This document shows, piece after piece, positions 21,451 to 31,160 of a stretch of DNA of 64,000 bases (the stretch's first letter is position 1; every line of letters begins with the position of its first letter). The stretch comes from Polyangiales bacterium. Lineage in GTDB: Bacteria; Myxococcota_A; Polyangia; Polyangiales; JADJQN01. Below the pieces are notes generated by a model, which did no database searches, was not told where the DNA came from, and saw only the letters and a list, made by a program, of their open reading frames with translations. The position numbers were made by a program, and so were the translations under genes. The stretch covers positions 96,001 through 160,000 of the forward strand of contig CAXNJO010000002.1 in assembly GCA_964202905.1 (NCBI GenBank). The letters are read 5' to 3'.

Positions 21451-22740
21451 ATGTCGATCGGCCTCTACGTCGCGGGCGCCCGCACCGCGCGCGCGGACGA
21501 CCTGCTCGGCGAGGTGCTCGCGTGGCTGCGCGCCGAGCACGCGCAGACGCTCTGCGCGAGCGAGCGCGCGCACGACGACCACGGCCGTGCATGCCTGCTC
21601 GTCTCGCTGCACCCGGGCGCAGAGGACGTCGTGCTCACGCTGCGGGGGGACGGGGGCCTCGAGGCGTCCGCGGTGACGAGCACGGCCGGGCCCGGCTACC
21701 ACGCGCACGTCTGCGACGTGCTGCACGCGCTCGGCGCGCGCTTCGACGTCGCGTGGGCCCCCGAGGATCCCGGCGGCGACACGGGCGACGAGACGGGCTA
21801 TTTCCACACGAAGAACCGCCCCGCCCTCGAGGACGCGATGGCGCGCTGGCTCGCGGGGCTCGCCGGCCACGCACGCGCGCTGCTCGCGGAGGGCCGCGAG
21901 TCGATCGCGTTCTCGCTGCCCGAGGGGCACGAATACGCGCTCCCGGGCGCGGTCGCGACGCCGCTCGGGCCGCGCGACGCCGCGTGGCTCGAGGCCACAC
22001 ACCGCGACGGCCGCGCGGGGTTCGACGTGTTCCCGTGGGCCGAGCCGGGCGTCGGCGCAGGCTACCTGCTCGGCCGCGCGCTCGTGCGGATGTGGCGCGA
22101 CGTGCGCTGGCGCAGGCCCGGTGACGACGACGAGCAGGAGACGCTCGAGGAGGTCGTCGCGCTCCTCGAGGCCGCGCACCGCGCGGATCCGCAGCGCCGC
22201 TATCCGTGGCGCGAGTGGGCGGAGGCGCTCGCGCTGCTCGAGCGCGAGTCCCTGCTCGCGACGCGCGCCCAGCTCCGCGCAGAGACCGCGCCGGCCGCGC
22301 CGCCGATCGGCTACCGCCGCGGCGAGGTGCGCGCGCTGCTCTCGGGCGGGTGGTCGCTCGCGATCCCGGGGAGCCTCGCGGAGCGGTGGGACGACGCGCG
22401 CACCTGGTGCGCATTAGAGCGCGGGCGGACCGTCTGGTTCACCTCGCTGAGCACCGAGCCCACGGACGGGGGCGTGTCCGTGACGGCCGAGGAGACGCTC
22501 GCCGGGCTGCCACCGCTCGAGGGCGCGCTGACGCACCACCGCGACGGGCCGCTGGTCGGCATCGCCGCCTTGGGACGCAGCCTCGCGGACGGGGTCGAGC
22601 TCGCGCAGCTGCGCGCCTACACCGCGGCGCCCGGACAGGCCGCGGTGCTGACCGTGTGCGTCGAGGACGACGCGGATCGCGACTGGGCGCTCGCGCTGTG
22701 GCGTTCGCTGCGCTTCGCGCCCGCACGCGGCGGCAGCTGA
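21451..22740 (+). CDS. Hypothetical protein
   Basis: 429-aa ORF with protein-like composition (TSTAGPGYH, PIGYRRG). TACAAT at 21390-21395 upstream. Confidence 0.75.
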   Translation: MSIGLYVAGARTARADDLLGEVLAWLRAEHAQTLCASERAHDDHGRACLLVSLHPGAEDVVLTLRGDGGLEASAVTSTAGPGYHAHVCDVLHALGARFDVAWAPEDPGGDTGDETGYFHTKNRPALEDAMARWLAGLAGHARALLAEGRESIAFSLPEGHEYALPGAVATPLGPRDAAWLEATHRDGRAGFDVFPWAEPGVGAGYLLGRALVRMWRDVRWRRPGDDDEQETLEEVVALLEAAHRADPQRRYPWREWAEALALLERESLLATRAQLRAETAPAAPPIGYRRGEVRALLSGGWSLAIPGSLAERWDDARTWCALERGRTVWFTSLSTEPTDGGVSVTAEETLAGLPPLEGALTHHRDGPLVGIAALGRSLADGVELAQLRAYTAAPGQAAVLTVCVEDDADRDWALALWRSLRFAPARGGS

Positions 22741-22823
22741 AGGCGCGTTTCCCACGGCAGTCGGACACCGCGCGGTGCAGACTCCCCCGCAACGTCTCTG
22801 ACCCAGCGACCAAGGCCCCCGCG

Positions 22824-23951
22824 ATGAGCCAAGACCCGACGCGCGATCCCGCCCCGCACCTGACCGACCCGGAGGGCGCGCTGCGCGCGCTGGTGCGCCC
22901 CGAGCTGACGCAGCTCCGCGCCTACGCGGCGCCGTCGGGCACGCCGCCGATCAAACTCGACGCGAACGAGAGCCCGTGGCCGCTGCCCGCCGCGCTCCGC
23001 GCGCGCATCGCCGCCGACCTCGCCGAGCTCCCGCTCCACCGCTATCCGGACCCGCGGGCCGAGCGCGTGCGCGCGCCGCTCGCCGCGCAGCTCGGCGCTC
23101 ACCCCGACCAACTCGTGCTCGGCTCCGGCTCCGACGAGGTCATCGCCCTCCTTTGCACGGCGCTCGCCCGCCCGCGCGAAGGCCGCGCGCGCGCGGTCGT
23201 GCTGTACCCCACGCCGACGTTCGTGATGTACCGGATCACGGCGCTCGCCCACGGGCTCGAGCCCGTCGAGGTGCCGCTGCGCGCGGACTTCTCGCTCGAC
23301 GTGCCCGCGATGCTGGCCGCGATCGCCGCGCATCGCCCTTCCCTCGTCTTCCTCGCGACGCCCAACAACCCGACGGGGAACGCCTTCGCGGACGACGCGC
23401 TGCGGGCCGTCGTCGAGGGCGCGCGCGACGCGCTGGTGGTGATCGACGAAGCGTACGCGGCGTTCGCGGGGCGCTCGCTCTCCGCGTGGTGCGACGCGTA
23501 CCCGCACGTCGCGCTCCTCGGGACGCTCTCCAAGGTCGGCCTCGCTGCCGCGCGCCTCGGCTGGGCGCGGCTGCCCTCGGCCCTCGCCGCGGAGGTCGAG
23601 AAGGCGCGCCAGCCCTTCAACGTCAACGCGCTCTCGCAAGCCGTCGCCGCCCTCGCGCTCGGTGCGCTGCGCCCCGAGTTCGACGCCCACGTCGCCGCGA
23701 TCGTGGCGGAGCGCACGCGCCTCGGCGCCGCGCTCTCGGAGCTGCCTGGGGTGCACGTCGCGCCGAGCGACGCGAACTTCTTCCTGCTGCGCTTCGACGC
23801 GGACCCCGCCCCGCGGGTCGCGCGGCTCGCCGCCGACGGCATCGCCGTGCGCCACTTCACCGGACACGGCGCGGCCCTCGAGCGCTGTGTGCGCGTCACG
23901 GTCGGAACACCGCGCGAGAACGACGCGCTGCTCGCGGCGCTCGCTCGCTGA
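22824..23951 (+). CDS. hisC: Histidinol-phosphate aminotransferase
   Basis: IKLDANESP, RYPDP, GSGSDE, PNNPTG, IDEAY, TLSK.GLAAARLG and RVTVGTP.EN. Confidence 0.93.
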   Translation: MSQDPTRDPAPHLTDPEGALRALVRPELTQLRAYAAPSGTPPIKLDANESPWPLPAALRARIAADLAELPLHRYPDPRAERVRAPLAAQLGAHPDQLVLGSGSDEVIALLCTALARPREGRARAVVLYPTPTFVMYRITALAHGLEPVEVPLRADFSLDVPAMLAAIAAHRPSLVFLATPNNPTGNAFADDALRAVVEGARDALVVIDEAYAAFAGRSLSAWCDAYPHVALLGTLSKVGLAAARLGWARLPSALAAEVEKARQPFNVNALSQAVAALALGALRPEFDAHVAAIVAERTRLGAALSELPGVHVAPSDANFFLLRFDADPAPRVARLAADGIAVRHFTGHGAALERCVRVTVGTPRENDALLAALAR

Positions 23952-23999
23952 GCGCGGCGCCCGGACGCGCGACGGGCACGCGCACCGCGACGCCCGACG

Positions 24000-25616
24000 C
24001 TACTGGCCCACCCCGTCCGGCACGCCGGGGACGGCGATGGGCGGCACGGACGCGAGCAGCGACGGACGCGGCGGCAGCACGTCGCCGAACCAGTCGAAGA
24101 ACACGAGCATCCGCGCCTTCCGTTCGGGCGTCAGGTAGTCGAAGTTCTGGCCGCGATCGGAGATCTCCCAGAACTCGCGCGACTGGATCGCGAGCAGCTC
24201 GTCGCGGATCGACGCGAGGCGCTCGGGCTTCTCGTGGAGCATGTCGCCGTGCACCTCGCGCGCCGCGGCCTCGTCGCCCTTGAGCAGGTAGTACGTGGCG
24301 AGTTTGAGCTGCGCCTTGCGCACGCCGCGCAGCGAGGCCTCCTGGATCTCGGTCTCGCTCTCCTTGTCGACCTCGAGGAAGATCCGGAGGATGTCGCGGC
24401 GCACGCGGCTGTTCTTGTCGAACGCAATCTCGTTGAGCGTGCAGAGGTCGTACGCGACCGTCTCGAGGACGAAGGGCTGCTTCTGATCGAAGGAGAGGCG
24501 CCCGTAGTACTTGAAGTAGCGCGCGACCTCGACGGCGCGTGAGCCGTCCCCGAAGTCGAGCAACGCCTCGCCGAAGAGTCGGTATTGGTTGAGGACGTTG
24601 TACGCCGTGCGCACGTCGCGGGCGTTGATCGTCGCGCGCAGGAAGGTGTTGAAGAACTTCACGACGAGATCGACGAGCTCCTCGTGCCCCTGCCGCGCCG
24701 CGAGCTCCCCGATGCGGCGCGTGCTGATGGCGACGACGTAGTTGATGTCGCGCATCTTGTTGAGCGCTTCGTTGTAGAGCGTCTGGTACTGGCGCAGCAC
24801 CTTCATCTCGACCCAGTAGCGGCGCGCGGTCACGTCCTGCAGCACCTCGGGCGCCATCGACACGAAGTCCGGATTCCGCGCGAGATCCCCATCGACCTGG
24901 AACCACTCGGGCGCGAGGCCGCCGCGCAGCGCCTGGTACTCCTCGGTGAGCTGGCGCAGGGCCTCGACGCTCATCATCGACACGCCCTTGTCCTTGCTCT
25001 CCATCGCGTTGAGCGCGACGTCCGCGAGCTGCTCGATGCCGCGGATCGCCTCCGCCTTCGCGCGGGGGGCGCCCCGCGACGCGCGCACCACGTCGAGCGT
25101 GTGCGTGCGGATCCGCGCGAGGATCGTGTCGGGCTGCAGGAAGTGAAAGATGAAGGCGAAATACGGGATCAGGATCAGCAGCGAGATGGTGAGCAACACC
25201 ATCGCGAGCGCGATCCCCCAGTGCGGGACGAAGTCGACGCTCGGGTCGAACGTCAGCGTGACCCAGAGCCCCTGCAGCGCGGCGACGACGAAGAAGCCAG
25301 TGACGAGGAAGTTGGTCGGCTCGGCGATGAACAGCTCCGTGATGCGGTGCGTGTAGCGGGTGCTCGCGAGCTCGACGACGATGGCCGCCACGGTGATGGC
25401 CATCGCGAGCACACCGGCCACGATCTCGCCCGCGTTCGCGAGCGTGCTCGCCGCCGACACCGGGTTCGGCGCGATGAAGAGCGCCCAGAGCGACGCCGCG
25501 TCAGGGCGTCCGTGCGTGTCCGCGAGGAAGGTGAGCACGAGGAGCGCGGCCGCGACCCCGAGCAGCAACGAGAAAGGCAGCAGCCAGATACGGACCCGGT
25601 TCGCGCGCGCGTTCAT
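24000..25616 (-). CDS. DUF2254-like membrane protein
   Basis: Four N-terminal TM segments with IVVELASTRYT, followed by a helical cytoplasmic domain (EQLADVALNAM). Confidence 0.7.
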   Translation of the reverse strand: MNARANRVRIWLLPFSLLLGVAAALLVLTFLADTHGRPDAASLWALFIAPNPVSAASTLANAGEIVAGVLAMAITVAAIVVELASTRYTHRITELFIAEPTNFLVTGFFVVAALQGLWVTLTFDPSVDFVPHWGIALAMVLLTISLLILIPYFAFIFHFLQPDTILARIRTHTLDVVRASRGAPRAKAEAIRGIEQLADVALNAMESKDKGVSMMSVEALRQLTEEYQALRGGLAPEWFQVDGDLARNPDFVSMAPEVLQDVTARRYWVEMKVLRQYQTLYNEALNKMRDINYVVAISTRRIGELAARQGHEELVDLVVKFFNTFLRATINARDVRTAYNVLNQYRLFGEALLDFGDGSRAVEVARYFKYYGRLSFDQKQPFVLETVAYDLCTLNEIAFDKNSRVRRDILRIFLEVDKESETEIQEASLRGVRKAQLKLATYYLLKGDEAAAREVHGDMLHEKPERLASIRDELLAIQSREFWEISDRGQNFDYLTPERKARMLVFFDWFGDVLPPRPSLLASVPPIAVPGVPDGVGQ

Positions 25617-25696
25617 CGGTCGCGGAGCGTATCGCAGCCGCGGGGCGGGGGGTGTCGTGGCGCGCGCCGGGGTCGTGGTACCGTTGTCGAAGGCAC

Positions 25697-26258
25697 ATGG
25701 CGCGGGTGAAAGGCAGCGCGGTGACGTCACGCGTCCGCTACGTGCGCGAGCGCTTCGGTGAGGCCGCGTACCGCCGCCTGCGCGACGCGCTCCTGCCCGC
25801 CGAGAGCGAGCTGCTCGACGGCCGCGTGCTGCCGAGCGGCTGGGTGCCCTACAGCCTCTTCCTCTCCGTGAACGTCGAGGCCGACCGCCTCTTCGGCAAG
25901 GGCGATCTGGCGCTCTGCTTCGAGATGGCGAAGTTCGGCGCGGAGGTGAACCTCCCGACGCTCTATCGCCTCTTCTACCGCTTCAACAAGCCGCGCTTCA
26001 TCTTCGAGCAGGCCGCGCGTTTGTGGGACGTGCACTACGACACGGGACGGCTCGTGCCCGTCCTCCGAGGCCGATCCATCGACGATGTGCATCCGCATCG
26101 AGGCCTTCGAACAACCGCACCCCGCGCACTGCCTCAGCGTGCTCGGCTGGGCGGTGCGCTCGGTGGAGCTCTCGGGCGCGACGGTCACGGGCTACGCGGA
26201 AGAGCGCTGCCGAACCCGGGGGGACGACGCATGCGAGCTGCGCATCCGCTGGCGCTGA
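25697..26258 (+). CDS. Myxobacterial conserved protein with V4R-like C-terminus (frameshift near 26065)
   Basis: MARVKGSAV...GWVP...LWDVHYDTG continues in another frame as HCLSVLGW...EERCRTRGDDACELRIRWR, stopping at TGA 26256-26258. Confidence 0.7.
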
Positions 26259-27136
26259 CCGCGGCGCTCGCGCTCGCGGTGGGTGCCTGGCCGCGCGCCG
26301 CCGCACGCGCGGACGACGTCGCACCCACACCATCTTCCGTGATGCCATCAACAAACGCAGCCCAGGCGCCTGCGGGAGCGCCGGCGCACGCCGCACCCGC
26401 GGAACCATCGCTCGTGATTCCGACGCCGGATGCAGCACCGGCACCCACGGCAGCCCGGGCGCCCGCGGCGACGCTCGTCTCGGGCGCAAGCGCGCAGCCC
26501 GCGTGGTCGCCGCCCACGCCGATCGTGCCCGTGTTCGGATCCGGCCCCGTCGTGGCGCCCGCGCCGCCCGCGCCGCCCGCGCCGCCCGACCGGCGCCTCG
26601 ACGCGTCGGACGTCGCGCTCCGCGCCACGCTGGGCGCGCGCTTTGCCCCGAGCGACACGCTCGACGGCGCGCTCTCGGCGCGGGGCTACGGCACGAGCAC
26701 GCCCGCGCTGGGGCTCGACCTCGCGCTCACGGTGCGCGCGATCTGGTGGCTGTTTCTCGGCGCGCGCGTGGGTGCGCGCTGGCGCCCGCTCGAGCCGCCG
26801 AACGGCGCTGCCGCGAGCGAGCGCGTGGACGCAGCCGGCGTGGATGCGCTCGCGGTCGCGGAGCTGCGCGTGCCGCTCGGCCCGGTGGAGCTCGCGCCGG
26901 ACGTCGCGGTCGGCATCGCGTACGCGGAGGTGCAGCAGGGCGGCTTCACGGTCGCGCGCGCGGCGCCTCGGCTCGCGCTCGGGGCGACCGCGTCGTTCTG
27001 GATCGTGGACCCGCTGCGGATCGCGGCGCGGCTCGGCTGGGATCTCTATCGCATCGCCGACGTGAACGACTTCGGGCACGACCTCTCGCTCGGCGGCCCG
27101 AGCCTCGAGCTCGCGCTCGAGTGGAGGCCCCGTTGA
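26231..27136 (+). CDS. Exported protein: Pro/Ala-rich stalk plus probable outer-membrane beta-barrel
   Basis: Signal peptide MRAAHPLALTAALALAVGAW..ARA-D, amphipathic beta-strands, terminal LELALEWRPR. Confidence 0.65.
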   Translation: MRAAHPLALTAALALAVGAWPRAAARADDVAPTPSSVMPSTNAAQAPAGAPAHAAPAEPSLVIPTPDAAPAPTAARAPAATLVSGASAQPAWSPPTPIVPVFGSGPVVAPAPPAPPAPPDRRLDASDVALRATLGARFAPSDTLDGALSARGYGTSTPALGLDLALTVRAIWWLFLGARVGARWRPLEPPNGAAASERVDAAGVDALAVAELRVPLGPVELAPDVAVGIAYAEVQQGGFTVARAAPRLALGATASFWIVDPLRIAARLGWDLYRIADVNDFGHDLSLGGPSLELALEWRPR

Positions 27137-27777
27137 TCGACCCCATCGTGCAGCGCGCCGGGGCACGGCGCGTCCCGCTCCTCGTCGCGCTGATCGGGGC
27201 GCTCCACGCCTGTGGCCCACGCGATGCGGAGCCGCGCATCGCGAGCGTCTACGAGGAGAACTTCTCCGCGACGTGCGCCGGCGTCCCGTGCGGTTGGACG
27301 CAGCGCGCGGGCGCACCCGGCGCGGCCCACACGACTGCGACCCTGCTCCCCGGCCTGCGCGGCCTCGCGCTCGAAGGAGACGGTGTGCTCGTCGACGGCC
27401 CCGGCGCGGCCGCCCCGCTCTTCGGCATCTCCCCCACGGCGCTCCGCGTCGCGCTCACCGCGCGCTGCGACGCGGACGCCTCGCTCACCGTGCGCGTCGG
27501 GCTCACGGGCGACGGGGCCGCGGACGGCGGCGTGGACCCCGGGGCGGCGCTCCTCGAGGCGCAGCTACGCCCGCCCGCGACCTGGCCCACGGCCCCCACG
27601 GCGAGCGCCGAGGTGACCGCGCCGCTCGTCCCCGGCGGCAGCCCCGACTTCCGCGGCGAGGCGCGCATCGTCAGCGTCAGCCTCGAGAAGCGCGGCGCGG
27701 GCCGCTGCGAAATCGACGCGCTGCGCATCGATCCGCAGGTCTTCGACACCCCGTTCTTCGAGGGGGGCTGTCTGTGA
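27133..27777 (+). CDS. Putative Cys-containing lipoprotein
   Basis: TTG start overlaps the upstream stop. Lipobox-like LHA-C, then CAGVPCGW and a beta-rich body. Confidence 0.6.
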   Translation: MIDPIVQRAGARRVPLLVALIGALHACGPRDAEPRIASVYEENFSATCAGVPCGWTQRAGAPGAAHTTATLLPGLRGLALEGDGVLVDGPGAAAPLFGISPTALRVALTARCDADASLTVRVGLTGDGAADGGVDPGAALLEAQLRPPATWPTAPTASAEVTAPLVPGGSPDFRGEARIVSVSLEKRGAGRCEIDALRIDPQVFDTPFFEGGCL

Positions 27778-27820
27778 CGTCCGCGGCTGCGTCCGCGCGG
27801 GTCGGCTGCTAGTGTCGGCC

Positions 27821-28762
27821 GTGGACACGAATCCAGTGGAGATCCCACGCGAGCCCGTCGACGGTGCGCGGGCGCTCGCGTCCCTCAATTGGGCCGCTGA
27901 CATCGCGACGGGCGTCATCGAGGCGGGCCTCGCGTCTCCCTCGCGCGCGACACCCGCCGAACACCGCGCCGTGACGCTCGAGGACGCGCGCGCCGCGTTC
28001 GATCGGCTGCTGCTCGGCAAGAAGCCCGACGAAGGCCTCGAAGCCCTGCGCCTCACCGGCGCGCTCGACGTGTGGATGCCCGAGGTCGCCGCGCTCGTCG
28101 GCTTCGGCGACGGCGAGTGGCGCCACAAGGACGTCTGGAAGCACACGCGCCAGGTCGTCCTGCAGAGCGTGCCGCGCCTCCCCGTGCGCTGGGGTGCCCT
28201 GCTCCACGACATCGGCAAGGTGAAGACCCGCTCGATCGAGCCGAACGGCGAAGTGCACTTCTTCGGCCACAGCGAGGTCGGGGCCGCGATGTTCCGCAAG
28301 CGCGTCGGTCGCCGCCTCGGCTTCGAGGGCGCCGTCTTCGACCGCATCCACTTCCTCATCCTGCAGCACCTGCGCGCGAGCCAGTACGACGCCTCCTGGA
28401 CGGACAGCGCCGTGCGCCGCTTCGCGAAGGAGATGGACGACGGCCTCATCGACCTGCTCGACCTCTCGCGCGCCGACATCACGACGAAGCGCCCCGAGAA
28501 GCGCAAGCGCGGCCTCCGCCAGATCAGCGAGCTCGGCGCGCGCATCCGCAAGTTGCAAGAGGAGGACGCGCGTCAGGCGCCGCTGCCGAAGGGCCTCGGG
28601 CTCGAGGTGATGGCGGCGTTCGGGCTCCCGCCGAGCAAGCGCATCGGCGACCTGTTCAAGGCCCTCGAGGCCTGCGTGGAGGCGGGCGAGCTCGAGGGCG
28701 GCCACGACGCCGCGCACTACATCGCCTTCCTCGAGGCGAACCGCGCGCGCTTCGCCCTCTAG
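27821..28762 (+). CDS. HD-domain protein resembling the C-terminal half of CCA tRNA nucleotidyltransferase
   Basis: FDRLLL..KP..GLEAL..TGAL..WMPEV, HKDVWKHT, LLHDIGK, HFFGHSEVGA, QHLR, WTDSAVRR and SRADITT. No nucleotidyltransferase head domain. Start is 27821 or 27812. Confidence 0.82.
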   Translation: MDTNPVEIPREPVDGARALASLNWAADIATGVIEAGLASPSRATPAEHRAVTLEDARAAFDRLLLGKKPDEGLEALRLTGALDVWMPEVAALVGFGDGEWRHKDVWKHTRQVVLQSVPRLPVRWGALLHDIGKVKTRSIEPNGEVHFFGHSEVGAAMFRKRVGRRLGFEGAVFDRIHFLILQHLRASQYDASWTDSAVRRFAKEMDDGLIDLLDLSRADITTKRPEKRKRGLRQISELGARIRKLQEEDARQAPLPKGLGLEVMAAFGLPPSKRIGDLFKALEACVEAGELEGGHDAAHYIAFLEANRARFAL

Positions 28763-28866
28763 CGGCCCGCGTCACGCACGCCGCGGGCGCGCGTCGCTGC
28801 CGCCGTGGGAGCGCGACGCGAACGGACGCCCTGCCCCCATCGCGGCGCTGCTAGACTGGTCTCGCC

Positions 28867-30180
28867 GTGAGCGCCCCCCCGCAAGACGCCGCGCCCGCAC
28901 GGCGCCCCGAGCCGCGCCGGCACTTCGAGGTGCAGCTCGGGCACATGTGCAACAACCGTTGCGTCTTCTGCGTGAGCGGTCAGCGCACCGCGCTCGGCGA
29001 GGCTGGCCCGACGCCGACCGAGCCGCTGCTCGAGGTCGTCCGCGCCGCGCGCGCGAACGGCCACACGCGCATCACGCTCCTCGGCGGCGAGCCCACGCTG
29101 CAGCCCGGCTTCCTCGACGTCGTGCGCGAGTGCGCGCGGCTCGGCTTCGACGAGGTCGTCGTCTTCACCAACGGCGCGAAGACCGCGCGGGCAGCGCTCA
29201 TCGACGAGGTGCTCGCGACGGGCGCGCCGGTCACGTGGCGCATCTCGATCCAGGGCGCGACGCGCGAAGCGCACGAGCGCACGACCCACAAGGAAGGCTC
29301 CTTCGACCGCATCCTCCGCACGCTCGAGGCGCTCCGTGCGCGCGGGCAGCGCGTCACCGTGAACATGTGCGTGGTCGCCTCGAACCACGAGAGCGTCGAC
29401 GCCTTCCCCGCGCTCGTGCGCACGTACGGCATCGCGCAGCTGCACCTCGACCTCGTGCGGCCGCTCGACGCGGGTGTGCGCTCCGAGGACGAGCTGCGCG
29501 CGATGATGAACCGCTATTCAGCGATGAGCGCCGCGCTCGAGCGGATGGTCGCGGCCCTGCCGCGCGGCTTCGACGTCAACCTCGGCAACCTCCCCTACTG
29601 CATCGCGCCGCGGCTCGCGTCGGTCATCCACCACGACGGCGAGGCGACCGAGACGGTGTCCATCGACGCGCGCGACCAGCTCAGCCGCCCCTGGAACAAG
29701 TACCTCGTGAAGCGCCGCGACAAGGGCAAGCCCGCGTCGTGCCGCGCGTGCGTCTTCGACGCCCGCTGCAGCGGCGTCTTCGAGCACTACGCGCGCTTCC
29801 ACGGCACGGACGAGCTCGTGCCCGTGACACCCGCGCGCCTCGCGGCGCTCGACGCGGACGGCTCAGTCGCAGCGCAGCTCGTCGACGACGCGCTCGCGCG
29901 GGGCGGTCCCCTCGCGCCGAGCCTCGCCGTGCGGGTCGCCCGGCTGCGCGCGGCGCGCCCCTTCGCCGGCGTGACCTGGTACGACGCGCGCGTGAGCGAA
30001 GGCGGGCAGCGCGCGGAGCTCTCCCTCGTCGACGCCGACGGCGCGCGGGCCGTGCTGTGGCTCGCCGAAGACGCGACCGGCCGCGCGCGCGGCGGCTACA
30101 CGCTCGACGACGCGCCCACACCCGCCCTCCGCGAGGGCCTCGGGGCCATGTTGCACGCCCTGCGCGCGCCGGCGGGTTGA
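28867..30180 (+). CDS. Radical SAM protein with C-terminal Cys motif (SPASM/twitch-like)
   Basis: CNNRCVFC, LLGGEPTL, FTNG, NLPYC and CRACVFDARCSG. Confidence 0.88.
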   Translation: MSAPPQDAAPARRPEPRRHFEVQLGHMCNNRCVFCVSGQRTALGEAGPTPTEPLLEVVRAARANGHTRITLLGGEPTLQPGFLDVVRECARLGFDEVVVFTNGAKTARAALIDEVLATGAPVTWRISIQGATREAHERTTHKEGSFDRILRTLEALRARGQRVTVNMCVVASNHESVDAFPALVRTYGIAQLHLDLVRPLDAGVRSEDELRAMMNRYSAMSAALERMVAALPRGFDVNLGNLPYCIAPRLASVIHHDGEATETVSIDARDQLSRPWNKYLVKRRDKGKPASCRACVFDARCSGVFEHYARFHGTDELVPVTPARLAALDADGSVAAQLVDDALARGGPLAPSLAVRVARLRAARPFAGVTWYDARVSEGGQRAELSLVDADGARAVLWLAEDATGRARGGYTLDDAPTPALREGLGAMLHALRAPAG

Positions 30181-30196
30181 CGAGGCACCGCGGCAT

Positions 30197-30276
30197 ACAC
30201 GGCCGCGCGAACCACACGGCCGCGCGAACCACACGGCCGCGCGAACCACACGGCCGCGCGAACCACACGGCCGCGC
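30197..30276. repeat. 17-bp tandem repeat, 4 full copies plus 12 nt
   Basis: ACACGGCCGCGCGAACC at 30197, 30214, 30231 and 30248, with a partial copy at 30265. Lies between convergent genes. Confidence 0.95.
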
Positions 30277-30335
30277 AAGCGCTTCCGTGGACGCGCGTCG
30301 TCGCCGCCCGCGGGCCTGACCCGGGGCGCGCGCCC

Positions 30336-31160
30336 TCAGCCGCGCGTCGGACGGCCGACGAAGACCGGCATGGGGTCGCGGTAGCGCGCGCCGCTGCGCC
30401 ACTCGAAGTGCAGGTGCGCGCCACGCGCGAGCCCCGTCGCGCCGACCTCCGCGATGATCTCGCCGCGGCGCACGCGCTGGCCCGCGACGACGAAGGTCGC
30501 GCTGCAGTGCGCGTAGTGCGTCGACGTGCCGTCCGCGTGCACGAGCACGACGAGGTTCCCGTAGCCGTGGATGCCGTTGTCGCTGTACGCGACGACGCCG
30601 TCGTTGACCGCGCGGATGCTCGAGCCCTGCGGCGCGACGATGTCGACGCCCTGGTGCGGGATGCGGCGGATGCGGCGCTCGCGGGTGCGGCCGACACCGC
30701 GGCCAAAGCGCCCCTCGTGCACGGGCCAGAGGAGGTCGGCGGCTGGGGCCGCCTGCACCGCCTGCACCCACTCGGTGCGCGGCGGCGCGGCGAGCAGCGT
30801 GCGCGCGCTGTGGTCGTCACCGAGACCGAGCGCGGCGGCGCGCTCGACGTCCTTCGCGGAAGGGCGCGGCACGCGGCGGCTCGCGTTGCAGCGCGCGGTG
30901 CGCAGGCAGCCACGACGGCTCGGCGGCATCCACGCGACCGGCGCGTGCGCGACCTCGGGCGCCTCGGCGGACGCGGGCTTCACGACGACGACATCGACGG
31001 GCGACGGCGACGGCGCGGGCGTCGCGGGCAGGCTGAGCGTCGAGTGCGCGAACGCGAGGTGCGTCGAGCAGCCGAGGAGCAGCAGCGCGACGACGACGCC
31101 GCGCAGCTCGCGCCGCGACCGGCGTGCCTTGCTCGTGATGGCTTCGATCTCGAATCGCAT
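30336..31160 (-). CDS. M23 family metallopeptidase
   Basis: HQGVDI (HxxxD), GYGNLVVLVH, YAHC and GATGLARGAHLHFE (HxH), with an N-terminal hydrophobic segment. Confidence 0.92.
   Translation of the reverse strand: MRFEIEAITSKARRSRRELRGVVVALLLLGCSTHLAFAHSTLSLPATPAPSPSPVDVVVVKPASAEAPEVAHAPVAWMPPSRRGCLRTARCNASRRVPRPSAKDVERAAALGLGDDHSARTLLAAPPRTEWVQAVQAAPAADLLWPVHEGRFGRGVGRTRERRIRRIPHQGVDIVAPQGSSIRAVNDGVVAYSDNGIHGYGNLVVLVHADGTSTHYAHCSATFVVAGQRVRRGEIIAEVGATGLARGAHLHFEWRSGARYRDPMPVFVGRPTRG

Noticed and set aside
25652..27136. Apparent fusion of the V4R-like protein with the beta-barrel protein
   Set aside because: A frameshift near 26065 creates it. The natural C-terminus ends at 26258 and a signal peptide starts at 26231.
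30197..30276. Possible CRISPR array
   Set aside because: The 17-bp units are directly adjacent with no spacers and no cas genes are present.
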